A stretch of 64,000 nt of DNA. It comes from Trichoplax adhaerens. Its lineage: Eukaryota; Animalia; Placozoa. The position numbers and the translations under genes were made by a program. Shown here in pieces: positions 25,401 to 39,096 of this stretch (positions within the stretch are counted from its first letter, which is position 1; each line of letters begins with the position of its first letter). The notes under the pieces were generated by a model that had not been told where the DNA came from, ran no database searches, and saw only the letters and a list, made by a program, of their open reading frames with translations. Location of the stretch: positions 5,680,597 through 5,744,596 of the forward strand of contig NW_002060946.1 of assembly GCF_000150275.1 (NCBI RefSeq). Reading direction: 5' to 3'.

Positions 25401-27539
25401 CAATGGCCTAATGAATAAAAAAAAATCAATGGCGTCGAGAAGAAAATAAAATTGTCGATCAAGTCTATTTGATCAGGGAAAATAGATAGAAAAAAACAGA
25501 TGATTGATCATGGGTATTGATCGATGAATATTCTCCTTTTGCATTAACAATGGATTCATGATAATTTAATTTTTTGTTTTAGACTGCTAGAAGATGGAAT
25601 AAGAGTATCCTTGGCAATCTTGTTGTTTGTCTATTGGAAAAGAATCAAACATGTTGACTAGCCAAGCATAAAGAAATGTCGTTGTTAGCACCATCACGTT
25701 ATATTTTAATGCGTTCAATTCAATAAAAGAGGATAAAAATCATACTCGCTATTTTCCTTGAGTGGATTATTATTCTAATGAGAGAAAAAAAGTTAAATAG
25801 AATGAGATAGATTATAATATAATGATGAAAAGTGTTATTTGTTGATGTCAATATATGGCTGTCAATAGACGTGATGAAAAATACATTTCCCAACGCAGTG
25901 AAAGAATTTTCAATACAGTTTTATTAGTTTATTTGGTCAACTGCTACAGAATAAGATTAGCTGTAATACATGACATCAGAAATGATATTTTAAAGGCTTA
26001 GTAAAGCCAATCAATTCTCGGTTAATAATCCCACCCATCTTATTTTGCATCAAAATAATCAATAACGTGATAGCCTAGCTAAGATGACTTCATCGATGAC
26101 GAAAGATGTAGAACAATTTAGTCACTAATTTGACGCACTCAACTACTTCACAACACAAAAAATGTTGACAAAAAGAGATTTAAATTAATTATAATTCTAT
26201 TTCATTGACCAGAAGTCATTAATCTGGCGTTGAATTAATTTTAGCTACTGATAAATAATTTACTGTTTTCTACATTCTGGTAATTTCTCCAGCTACTTTC
26301 TATTGGTAACAACACCTATGCCAATTCTACCTCATCAGACCTGTCTTGAACTATCAAGATGATCGATTCTATGTACACACAAACGATAATCTTAATCAAT
26401 AATTGTATTTCAACATGGTTTATAAAAGTAAGTAATTATCATTTATTAGAACTTCTCTTTTATATATATCAAGTTACAGAAACAAGTATATTAATAAATG
26501 AGTAGTTAGTCTATAAAAGATCCATAGTAGATATCGTATAACAACGAACTTATTTGAACCTATACTCGATCGAATCATTTCTTGATGACAAGTAGAAAAT
26601 ATCTTTATGAATTCCGCTATGCTAATTGCTTCTTCAGTAGCCAAGAATAGCGGGGCTTAAGTAACAGTGGCATGAACAAAAAATAATAACCAAGTTAAAG
26701 TGTAAGAGTAACCTGACAAATTATAATATCAAATAATTATTAAAATAGCGATCATCACTCCGTTGTCAGATCGAATCAATAATTGAATATAAAAATTTCT
26801 TCATTCTTCTTCAATAGTTTACTGGAATACTGGAAGGATACTTTAAATCCTGTCTACAAATTAATTTCAAATCCGGTTTTAGCGAATCAAAAAATCATCG
26901 TTTCATGGTAATAAATTGGGTTAAAATAAGGAAAGATAAATGTAAACGTATATATGTTACTAACATATATACAAACTCAAATATAAATAAAATTATTATG
27001 AAACTATTTATTGTGATGTAATTTAGAGAGTTATTTTTAATGCGACTGCTGATACAATCTAGCAGGCTAATCATTAATTAATATCAGATCGGATGTTGAA
27101 CACCTTACTTTCATTTATTGTAATCGCTTCTTTATTGCCTTTACACCATACCAGTACAGCAACAAAGATTATTAATCAATTAACCAGTATAAAAGTCGTA
27201 ATCTTAATGATTGATATTAATAGCAGAATATTTATCACCAAGAATTAATTATTGCTACACAGAGCCTATCTGTATTCCGTTTCGATATAGAATAGAGACA
27301 AAGTATACTATTAATTTCCCGCTATAAAATCTAGCTACAGAATAGTATTTACAAAAAACTAACGATACATTCTCAATAGCTAATATTTGATATTACTCAT
27401 TAAAGGAAAATTTGGAAGTATTGTATCTATCGTAAATCCTATATAAATAATCATATGGAATCATTAAAATACAGTACAATCAATGAAAAATAATAAATTT
27501 TATATTTCATACACAAATTACTGATGTTGTGATAATTTG

Positions 27540-29135
27540 AGTTTGTTGTCGATCTGTTATGCCAGAAATTCAGTGCTTTTATTCAGAATTTGAGATAGTA
27601 TTAATCCACTCACTTAAAGTATTCATTACAGTTATATATAAACTCGTCCTATTTATATATGTTATATACAATTCCCAATTTTTATAGAACATAAGATGGA
27701 CGTTACTATACTGCGAATTAAAAGACTACATTTACTATTACTTATTCCTTATACGTTTATAAAAACGTTGTCAACCTAACATGGCAGAATTCAGTATGTT
27801 TATTCAAAATTTGAGATAGTTGTCAAAGCGCTCTGGTAAAGCATTCACGATAGCTATTGTATAGATTCTTCATTATGATAGTAATTATTTCGGTACTTAT
27901 ACGTTATATGTATATATAGAAATTGTCAACCTATCCTGACAAAATGCAGTCTTTTTACTCAGAATTGGCAATAATTATTAAACTCGTTTAGTAAAGCATT
28001 TATTGCAGTTATTAGCTAGATTCTTCTTTTGTATAGAATTTCCAATTTTGAAGAATATTAGAGGAATACAGTATACTACGGCTTAAAATACTAAATTTGT
28101 TATTATTTACTCGCAATATGCTTATGAAAACTGATTAATTAAATGATTAGCGAGTGCTAAAATTCGAAACGTTTGCAAAATGATCGACAATTACTGGTAC
28201 TCTAGGCTAAAGCTATGCCATCAGTAGCTATGTTTGCTTAATAATTGCGAATGAAATAAAGTGAATGAAAATTTAGTATTGCTAGACATTAAGTGAAATA
28301 TCATTTATTCATTTTCTCACTAATCAAGCTCACCAATTGACTCCATCTAATACTATACTGTACTGTAACTTAAAATACTAGACATATTATTGCTTATTGG
28401 TAATTCGTGTACAAAAGCTGATTAGTTGATGAATACCGAATTAGGAAATTAGAAAAGTTCCAAAATGATCGACATTTACTGGCATTATAGGCTAAAGCTA
28501 AAAATATAAAGAAACAAAATGAACGAAATTTTAGCACTGCTAAATATCGACTACAGTACCTGTCATCAATTTTCTCACTAGTCTTATATACCAATTGATT
28601 CTATTTATTGCAATAACGTGACTTAAAATACGAGACTTATAAAACTGATTAATAAATACCAAGTACGGAAATTTGAAATGTTTCTAAGGTAATCGACAGT
28701 TACTGATATCAGAGTTGCATCAGAGGCTACACTTTAGTTGCTTCGCAATCATGAGTGAAATAAAATAAATGAAACTTTACTATTGCTGAATATCGACTAC
28801 AGTATCTGTCATTAATTTTCCCGCTAATCTTGTATGCTAGTTGATTCCATTCAATACAACTCGTATATTGTGACTTANAATATTAGATTTATTATTACTT
28901 ATTCGTAGTGCGTATATAAAAACTGATTAGCTAATGATTACCGTGTATCAAAACGTTTCCTTAATGAGCGATGCTTACTGATATTCTAAGCAGTAGCATC
29001 AGCATCAGCGGATATATTTGCTGTGTAATCGCGAATGAAATAAAATAATTGAAACTTTAGTATTGCTAAATATCGACTATAGTACCTGACACCAATATTC
29101 TCACTAATCTTGCATGCCAATTGATTTCATTCAAA
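27540..29135. repeat. Degenerate composite tandem array: about 3 copies of unit A (27540-28120) followed by 4 copies of a ~230-290-bp unit B (28125-29135)
   Basis: Unit A anchor TTTATTCA(G/A)AATTTGAGATAGT. Unit B anchors AAAACTGATTA, AATGATCGACA, TGCTAAATATCGACTACAGTACCTG and TTCTCACTAATC. Unit B copies start at about 28127, 28413, 28641 and 28919. Confidence 0.85.
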
Positions 29136-32100
29136 GGAAACTAATTAACGGATGTTTCCTGTTTTGTCACCTTGACCTTCACATGCATATTTATGCCACC
29201 CAAAGCAAGGATCAAGCAACAAAATTTTTTCATGTAAAGTATTTATTGGCTGACATTTCATTCGAAAATAGGTTCCAAGATTATTCCCATGTCGAGATTT
29301 CAGCAAAATTTAATAATCTTATCATTTTTACCGCACAGATCTGTTCTACGTTTTATAATTAATTTACGATTAAGTAGCGTTGCAGGCGTTGTCTCGATCC
29401 GTGCAGCTTCATCATCAGTTTGTGTAAACTATTAAGGCGGCAACTTGGCTTCTGTATAAGCGTGTACGTTGTGTATGATGGATTCCTATCCATTTTAAGC
29501 AATAGTAAATCTTTTTAAGATTTTAGCACTAGAACATCAAACATTGGAGACACAATGTCTGGTTTATATCAGTAACCTTGGTTTAATTTAAATCTTCCAT
29601 GACAGCATAATCTGCAATTGCTGGATACTCTATAAGTTTATTAAGAAGGTTTACCCCTAATTGAACAGCCAGAATATTATAAATTTTCTTGCTAAATACC
29701 TGCATCGCAATGCTAAATTAATCTACCTTTATCTTTATATCATCTAGGTTGTTCCTTTTACGGCAGTTAGGAATCTCTTAACTTATTTGATCTCTACATT
29801 ACTTTTTTTTAATTTCCCCTTGACTAGCGCTGTTCCTAATGAAGATCATATTTCTTTTGAGAAAGTGATGTAATTAAAAATATTCTTAGCAGGCCTTAGA
29901 AAAGTATTGGCTTTCAATATTAGATCTATATTAACGATTCCGGAAAGATCTATCAACATTCATAAAGAAATAGTCAGCTAGATGATCATCAATACACGAT
30001 GTTATGAGTAAAGAGAAATGATTAAAAATTTAAACATTTTAGAAAATTGATTATTGAAATTTTGCTTTCATGCGTTTCATCAAATTAATCTAATTTGTTA
30101 TGTATGTATTACCGGTTACTCTCATTATAAAGTAGTTTAAAGGCATTATGAAATACCGTCGTTGACAACTTCCAATTTTGAATAAAAATTTCATCGTTTC
30201 CGGTCATGGAACTCTATTGTAATTACATAGTTCAGAGACAAATGAAATGTATCAGTGGATAGTAAGTAGCAGATTGCATAATAAATTAACACCAGTTTGT
30301 TCGGATAATGGTATACAATAATACTGTATCGTAAATTACGGCAGAAACCAGCCATATTTCAAAGTCGCGAATGGAAAATAGTTTATACTTATAACATATC
30401 AATTGAATTGGAAGTAGCCAAGAATGTAAAAAGAGTGATGCAATCAATCATTACAGATTCTTTTTTAGTTATTTCACTCAATATTTTTACTTCCAGTAAA
30501 GGAGTATATTTACTTTTAAAATATTATATCAGTTATTGCACGGAATTTAAATTTAAATTTACAGTTAATATTAAGTGAAGATGAATATCTATCATCATAA
30601 AATATCTTGATACTTACCACAACAATATACTGTATTGTATCTACACATAGCATGGATTTTCTGAGTTATTGCTCATAATTTGTTGTATAAACTGTAATTA
30701 ACGGCTAAGTCGGTAAATTCAATAGTCGGATTAATTCGGAAGAAACTTGTAATTAAACTATCAATTATCTTAATTTAAATTTATTTCACTACATATAACT
30801 TGATATAAAGCAATAAGTAAGTCGATAAAAACCACTACGGTGAAAATACCTACCCTTAGATCGTAATCAGTATTAGTTATAGTTTGCTATTGAAAATAAT
30901 ATAACAATTTCTAGAGAAAATCATCTCACAGGGTAGATATACGAGCACTATACAAACATTAGTGAGGATAGCTGCACATGTTATGTGCATTTAATAAATC
31001 TTATATCACTTTCGCTACTTTGATTTCACTGTCGATCTACTCGAACAGAAATAGAAGGAGTTAATTCCTTAAGTAATATCTCCACATATTTCTATTCTAT
31101 AGCGAAAATAAATATAATATTTTCCATTTCTAGTAATATTAGACTTTAAAAATATTAATTAAATACTAATTTTTAGAATGAATACTGTGGTAATTTCAAA
31201 ATTGATAATTACTTGCATGGTACTTCAAAAATTTTGTCTTGTGAGCTGTTAAGCAGTCTTCATTGCCTATTAACTAAGGTTATACCACCCGAGATAATAG
31301 CAAATGTAATGAAAGAAATTAGTAGAATTTTGAAACTTATTAACTAGAGTTCTCAGTTCACAACGGTTTGCTATAGTTATATAGACTCTCGAGTTAGAAT
31401 TACAGAAAGAAACTGGATCGATAAGTTCATATTAATCAGCATAGAAATAGTGTTGAATGGCTGAAATAGATTAACTATAAAATATTTTTCGTGTTTACTC
31501 TGCTATTTTATCAACCAATGCTAAGTGCGGTCCATTGATTGTGCTATAGTATGCTATATCACTCTTCTCTTAATAAGGAGCGCTATGCAAAATAAAGATG
31601 AAAAAAACCTTAAATACTGCTATTACAAAATTTTAATAAATTCAGCGTCATATAACGAAATTTATTGCATAAGATAAGTGCGGTAAGCATCTTTTCCTTC
31701 CTTAATATTTATAGTTGCACAACATTGATGGTATCTACAATATTTTGTAGCTTATTCATTAATTTCTATTTTCACTGTTCTACTTGCGAAAGCAACTATT
31801 AAAGGAAATGAAGGTCTCATTTCCCAAATTAAAATAAGTTGTTAATATTTATATTAACTTTTTCTTCGTTACCAGGAGTAATCGATTCCCCGGAGTTCAC
31901 CGTAACATTGCTACTGTCCTTTAATACTGTAATAAAGCCATATTTATCGGATAGATAAGTATCTGCTGCATCTGCATATCTAAGATAAGATAAATTGTAT
32001 TTACCTTATAGTAATTTGAATGGACAGTACCGTATTTACAGATTACTTTCTCTCATCATTAATACCGGTATTGTTATATATTTTCATGCTATATTTCCAT

Positions 32101-32884
32101 TATAAGTATAAGAATAGACATATGGGTGCATACTATATAGCTGCCGATGCCAATTATTGTTCTATAATTATCTATAGAGTAGATTAGCAGCATACAAGAA
32201 ATACTAAGGAGGTAATTTGAAAGATTTCAAAAATTGCAACTATACTGTTTGACGATTTTACTAATATCCTATTATTTCATAACCATAGATGTTCAAGGCT
32301 TCAGAAATACAGTACAGTCCATCAGTGTCTTCGAGCTGAAAGGCTGAGGTGGGCGAAGATGGATTGTGGACAGATACAAATTTATAACTAAACTATGTAT
32401 GCAAGGCATAAATTATAAAGGAGAATTAGCATTCCAGTTATCACGTACAGTATTGGTGAAATTTTGTTTTATTACAACGCCAAACCATACACTGTGAATA
32501 TATTATAGTACCTTAAATGTTTACAACTGTGAAATACCATTAATAATTCAGGTAATGGTACTGTGCACTCCGTATAAAGTATGTAGATTATTTACTTTTA
32601 TCTAGGCAAAGATATTGTCAACTAATTTTTTATGAGTATATAGAATTAGTATTTATATTGGAATAATAGGGATAAAGTATCATTAATATGAATGCTGCTT
32701 CGATTAGCCAAAAATCTAAAGACTTTGCCGATATTGATCAAAAATTCGCTATTAAAATAATATATTTTTGCAACTGCATTGTAAATATAGAATTGAATTT
32801 CAAAAGTCAGAACTCAGTAATTGGAACAAGAAAAACATTAGTTAACGTAAAACACAGAGTCAAGTTTAGAACTAAAGTCTAATG

Positions 32885-34625
32885 TAAAGTAACTTAGTAT
32901 TGTGATTTTAGAATATTAGCCATGTTTAGTATGATGTACGGTTGTGTCTTTTCTATATTTATCTAATGATATATTAAGTAGCCATAATTATAGATTGTAA
33001 GGATAGACTATGCTAGATTACAGATGACTATGAACAGTAAAGTGCTCAGCTACTAATAAGCTTAGAGTTAGAAATAGAATTGTAAATCATATATTAGCAT
33101 ATGCTTAGTTCATTGTAATTTGAGTGGTAGGAATAATGCCTATAAAAATACTGTAATCATTTCTATATTGGAATAATGATGCTTCACTGTAAAATATTGT
33201 GACTTAGAATATGTGTAAAATATGGTAGAAATGCTGCTATGCTGATAGCTGCGAAGGTTACGGAGAGTATAAAAGCAGGAAACGTTAGATTATCTGGTTA
33301 TTCTTTCTAAAAGTCTTTCAGTAATTGTATTCGGCTAGAGTAGAGCTGTGTGTAGTTAGTATTTGTGCTGGATCTATCAAAGTTCTAATTTTCTAAAACT
33401 TTGGAATTTTCGTGATCGGATTTTATCGCAGTCTTCAGCTACAGTTATCTTTATTTCAGAAAAAATTCTGGTTATATAGAAAATACTTATGCGTAAACAT
33501 GTTGTTATCGCTATCTCTTTCTCTTAAATTGGTTTTCGTCACCCTAATAAATTTGTAAACAGATTTCCTACGTTATCTCACTTTTTCTAACAGGATTGTC
33601 AGGAAAAACGTTTGACGACTATAACATTAAACCTGCAAATGGTAATATCAAAAAATTCTAGTAATACATTTACTAAATTTAATATAAATAAGGTATCGGC
33701 ATATCACCGAATACATAAGAATCTTTAGAAACCTAAATATCCTATTCTAAGAACTATTTTTACTTAAGTTACTTTTAATATTCAAAATTATAAGATTTAT
33801 ACTTTACACATCAACGGCATTATAACAATGAGCCGCTAGCGAAATCAATTAATTATCCAATTTTGGGTTTAGTGATAAAATGGCCAAAGTGATATAGTTG
33901 GCATATCTTACGCAGAAGAACTTCAATGGTATGAAAATCCCAACATGCTAAAATCTTTCTATAGTTAAGCAAATAAGATTTATGGGTGTCTTAAATTATT
34001 AATATAAACGTTAAAATTGTCTTACCTTTCCGTAACTTTTATACTTTTAATTCAAATACCTCGTATATCAAGTTGTGATATATACCAATCACGAAATTCC
34101 AAATTTTAGAAAAATAAGGGCTTTACTGAATCTTATACAAAGATTAACTACACACAGCTCTACTTTAGCCGAATACTACTACTAAAGACTTCTAGAACGA
34201 ACTAACAGAATAATCTAAAGTTGCATGCTTTTATACTTTCCGTAGCATTCGCAGCTACAATCCGCATGGCAACCTTTTACCTTATTTTACACATAGGTAA
34301 ATTATTCTTAGTAAGACTATTCTACTGCGGACCATCATTAATCCAATATGGATACGACTACAGTACTTACGTAGATATTATTCACACCAGCCAAAGTACA
34401 ATGAATTAACCATATCCTAATATATGATTTACAGTTCTATTTTTACCTATAGCCTTATTAGTAACTCAACAGCTTACTGTATATAGTCATTTGTACTCTA
34501 GCATAGAGTCTCTACCACTACAGTCTATAGTTATAGCTACCAAATATCTCTTAGGATAAATATCTACCGTACATTATACTACACATGGCTAACAGTCTAC
34601 AATCACAATACTAAGTTACATTACA
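32885..34625. repeat. Long diverged inverted repeat: arms about 32885-33430 and 34072-34625, spacer about 640 bp
   Basis: 32889-32907 is the exact reverse complement of 34601-34619. 33327-33357 matches the reverse complement of 34146-34176 with 1 mismatch. 33389-33419 matches 34085-34113. Collinear similarity runs between these anchors. Confidence 0.92.
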
Positions 34626-37600
34626 CATGTCTAAGGTGTATTTTGGCCTTTGACAAAGTAATAGCTAATTTGGAAATACCCATAATAATCATCTTGTTTT
34701 TAAGCTTCCTACTATGACTTCACAAAACTGTGCTTAATTAGAAATTACGCTCGTGACTAAATTAAATGTACTACAATATAACTCATGCAAGTATAGATAA
34801 AGTTTTATTTTAGACCGTATTGTTGACCAATGATGTACATCGATACTTGAGTAACACCAACTGGTAGAATGAATTTATGCTAGTTTTCTTTTGATGGTCG
34901 TAGCATGAATTATTGGGATTTAATAGATTGAGAATGGTTGAAGTTAGATTCTATTTGGCTTCTATACTGTAGGATAAACAATTTAATAAAATGTTATAAA
35001 GCGTTGTATTTATTCATCTATGCTGTACTTGTAGTCATTTCAAGTTGGTAACGTTAAGGCAACAGCAAAGTTTAAAAATATTTAAATAAATATAATTTTC
35101 ATTTGGCACTTGCAATATCTATGACTGTAGAGGTTATGTCTGTTTATTAATGCCTGCTATTATTGATAATGAACAAGGTTTATCAAATTTAGCACCTTCT
35201 AATTTATTGCATGTATATAAGCATAAAGATCAGTTGAATTCTAACCGTGAAAGTTTATAGATAAAACGATTAATATAATTTATACCGCAGGATGTTTCAA
35301 ATTAGGGCAATTATAATAACCTTTAATAAGCAAATTGCATTTTTCTTTGTCGATAAAAAAGCTTCAATTATATACAAGATAAGTATTTAGAAAAGTAATA
35401 TGACTTAAAGAAAATTTTGATCTCAGGTTTACTTAGAAATTTGATAATTTTAAAGGATAAAGTTTTATTAAATGATTAGTAATGAAATACAGTATTTAAC
35501 TGAAAAATTTCCAATCTATTTACTCTTTATATACTTTTAAATCCTTCGTGCCAACTTTTACTTATTATTCTGTTATTGATTTATTGACTTGATATGAAAA
35601 CTCTTCCACTGTGTCCTTATTTTATTTAGGAGATCCATAATCATCTATTTTCATTCAATGATATGGGATTATTATTTCTATCTACCGTAGATACTTATAG
35701 TTAATGCCCAGTTATAAACTACCTGAAATGAAAGTAAAAACATTTTTCTAACATAAGCCCGCATTATAGAGATTAGATATCTATTTTATTTGAATTAATG
35801 ATGATAGTGTTCTTTTTGTCTATGTGCTTAATACTGATTTAGTTAATATTTTGGTGTACAGCATTAAGAAATTGTATTTCTAAACCTACAAATTATCATC
35901 GATTTGATTATTATTCCAAGGGCTAACAGCAATATCAATATTATAGCCACATAAGTTAGCATATTGATATATTTAAATTCTAAACAGAATATCCTAACTA
36001 TCCTTGTATTAATTTCAATTGCAAATAAAAATGCTATACAAACAAATAGCTATTGGTGACTATAATAGATCAAATTTGTCTATAGAAAATGGAAAGAAAA
36101 AACTAATGAAAACATGCGCATGTCTGATCCAAAGCTAAACTATAAGACTATTTGGACCAAAGAATCATGCTTAAGAATAGCATTATTTAGCTAATAGATA
36201 TTATTATTGTAATACTTGCTATTAATTTTGAAATTACTATAATAAGTTTAAGTTTAAAGTAGCTAAAAAATTGCACTAGAATAACAGAAAACTGAGAGTA
36301 ATTATCATTTATGTTGACAAGGTATTAACAATTCAGGTAAGCCTTGTGTGCAAATGGTAAAGAATAGATCCGAGTAGGAAAGAAACTGCAATAACTAATG
36401 AGAGGAATATGGAAACATCTTCGAACAAAAGGCTTTCTTTAACGAGATAGAATATCAAATGATATCAATTTTACATCATCTAATAAAATAACAGCATACA
36501 TTACGAAAAAGTAAGTTTGGTAAATAATATTTCGTAAGCGTTGCTATCATAACATGTATTGACCTAAGTAATAATTCAATTCTTGATCATAAGATCATCA
36601 AATTATCCGTGTTATTCATGATCAGCGAAGTGAGAATATATTCATTATGGCTATAAAAATAAGACTTGCACGTTTGTTTTAGTCAGATCGATAGGTGGGA
36701 AATCTTTCTATAGGAAGAAGAGAATTATCTTTGAACGTAAATATTGTTAATATAGCCAAGACTGACAGCATTAGATTAATATCTTATTTAATTGATCTCT
36801 TTATTACAATAATTGTTCAATATAGATGATGATTCATTATTTTTTTTACGAGCTGATGCAGTGACGTAAATATTCTATCATATTAATATCAGCAATCTGC
36901 TCGAGAGATGCATAGGAATAGTGGTACATAAATTATTATGTTGATACTCAGTCTATAAAAAAAGTAGATAGATTCTTTACTATAATAAGTAGAAGGCTGG
37001 CTTTTACTTCTAAAATATCTTTTTACTTCATCACGATCGATCTAACTAAGATAGATGAAAGCTAACTACAACATGAAAATCTATCAGAAATTTTCCTACG
37101 ATCTTAATTTGATGGATCAATCTCTGAGTGTACATATAACACATATTCGTATGCTCGTTCGTATGCAGGAGCGTATCTACGCTATCTGCTCCAGGAAAAG
37201 TAAATTTTATATTCGCGAATGCTTGTAAAGCTCTTTGATATCTTTTCATTTCATTTTACACGGAAATGGACAATTCCCACTTAACAAAATAGCTTTCCAT
37301 CATAATATGCTCAAATTATGACTGCATTGAACTGCTATCTCACCTATTCGATTACAACACTGTATATAGGAAGTTTGATTACTTTTAACTTTATAAAACC
37401 AGAATATTAGAAACATGAAGGTCAATAATTATGTCCGACTTGGTGATGAAAGTGAATAATTAGATCGATCTTGGGAATAATTATATAGAGAATTTCGCCG
37501 ATTTCCAGAAGGCCATCAATTAAAGTAGTCTGGTCGATTAAAAGGATATAAACTTTCAGTCAAATTAATAAGTTTACTAAGGGAATGTCTTAAATCTTCC

Positions 37601-38064
37601 TGCTTCAACTTGATAAGAGCTAGAAGTAGGTAATAAAGTTTAATCAGCTTTATAGCGTAAATAACTATCTATTGAAAGATGCTACTGTATAATAGCCATA
37701 ATTTCAATTCGGTAGAATGAGCAAATATTTATTTTCCGTTTCAGTTGGAAAGTCACTCTTTTTAAAAGTCCTCCAATAATCTTTCATTTGTTCGATCTCA
37801 TTGCCAGATCAATACATTTTAGAAATTTTTTTTCCTTCTTCTACCTTGAGATTCCCAGTTGTCAATTATAAAAACATCATTTAAACTAATAGCATCTTTA
37901 TTTACATCTACCTACCTGAACTATTATGAAATCATATTATCAAAGGCGTTATTATTTCAATTAATTGTATAGTTTATTAACTAATTCTGTTGCTAGTTTA
38001 TTCCCTAACTACCTCAAACAAGATAAAATTAGTCCGATGCCCTAATTATTTAATTAATTGTATT

Positions 38065-39096
38065 TTACGCTTGATTTATGCTATATGCGTAAGATGTTGG
38101 ATTGGCGATGTTGGCAGCAGCTGCTTTACAGCCGAGAAACAAATAGAATGCTCTCCTAATTTCAGGATTAAAATAACCGTAGATTAATGGATTAACAGCA
38201 CAATAGGAGAAAGCGATACTGCGTAGAACCTGAACGTTAAACGTATTTAGCGATGCTACAAAGTTTCGCATAAAGGAATTATTCTGTCCAATAGTAGAAG
38301 GAATGATAAGTACCATCGTGTTGAATATTATGGTTGGTAACCACGTTAGTAGAAAAGTACCAACCATAACAATAAAGGGCTTGGCTGCACGTATATTTTT
38401 CTTACGTAAGCGAACATCATTATTAACCTCATTGGATACATAGTAGTTGCGATCAATATTTCGAATATGGCGAAAAGCAAGGATGCTAATATAACCGTAG
38501 CAATACAACATGATCATTAAAGGTACAACAAAGATGATGATTTGAAAGATGATAAAATAGGCTATCTCTTTGTTAATTTGGTTATAAGCGATGCGAACGC
38601 AACCATTAAAAATCTTTGGATTATAGGGGCGATAGGTGAAAATAGGTAGAAATGATATTGTAAATCCACTTATCCATATTCCGGTAACAATGATTAAGAC
38701 AGTCTTCCGTGTTAATTTAACCGTTAAAGGATAGGTAATTAATAAATACTTTTCAATACCAACGAGACATAAATGAAGGTTAAGAATAACTAGGCAAAAA
38801 TTTCGGAATGGACCAAATAAAGGGCAAAAAATATTGACCGATGCCTTGGAAATGATATTAAATGGAAAAAGGAGACAGTAAAAGATAGCAAAGATGATGC
38901 AACCAAAGCACATGCTAGCAATGATGCTGTTATGATTAATTGCACGTAGACGTCGCCGTGATAATATAAGATAGGCTAAGACAGAATTGGTTACTAAAGT
39001 GATGAAACCCAGTATTTCCATAAATATGATGAGACCTAGGTCATTGCTCAATAACATCTCGATCGTTGGTGTAGTTTTATTTGTTATATTGCTCAT
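38065..39096 (-). CDS. Class A GPCR, orphan, paralog 2
   Basis: 343 aa, 7TM; FCPLFGPFRNF...EKY, GTFLLTWLP, NPLIYG; clearly paralogous to 21389-22465. A splice acceptor at about 39129-39130 suggests a 5'UTR intron. Confidence 0.95.
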   Translation of the reverse strand: MSNITNKTTPTIEMLLSNDLGLIIFMEILGFITLVTNSVLAYLILSRRRLRAINHNSIIASMCFGCIIFAIFYCLLFPFNIISKASVNIFCPLFGPFRNFCLVILNLHLCLVGIEKYLLITYPLTVKLTRKTVLIIVTGIWISGFTISFLPIFTYRPYNPKIFNGCVRIAYNQINKEIAYFIIFQIIIFVVPLMIMLYCYGYISILAFRHIRNIDRNYYVSNEVNNDVRLRKKNIRAAKPFIVMVGTFLLTWLPTIIFNTMVLIIPSTIGQNNSFMRNFVASLNTFNVQVLRSIAFSYCAVNPLIYGYFNPEIRRAFYLFLGCKAAAANIANPTSYAYSINQA

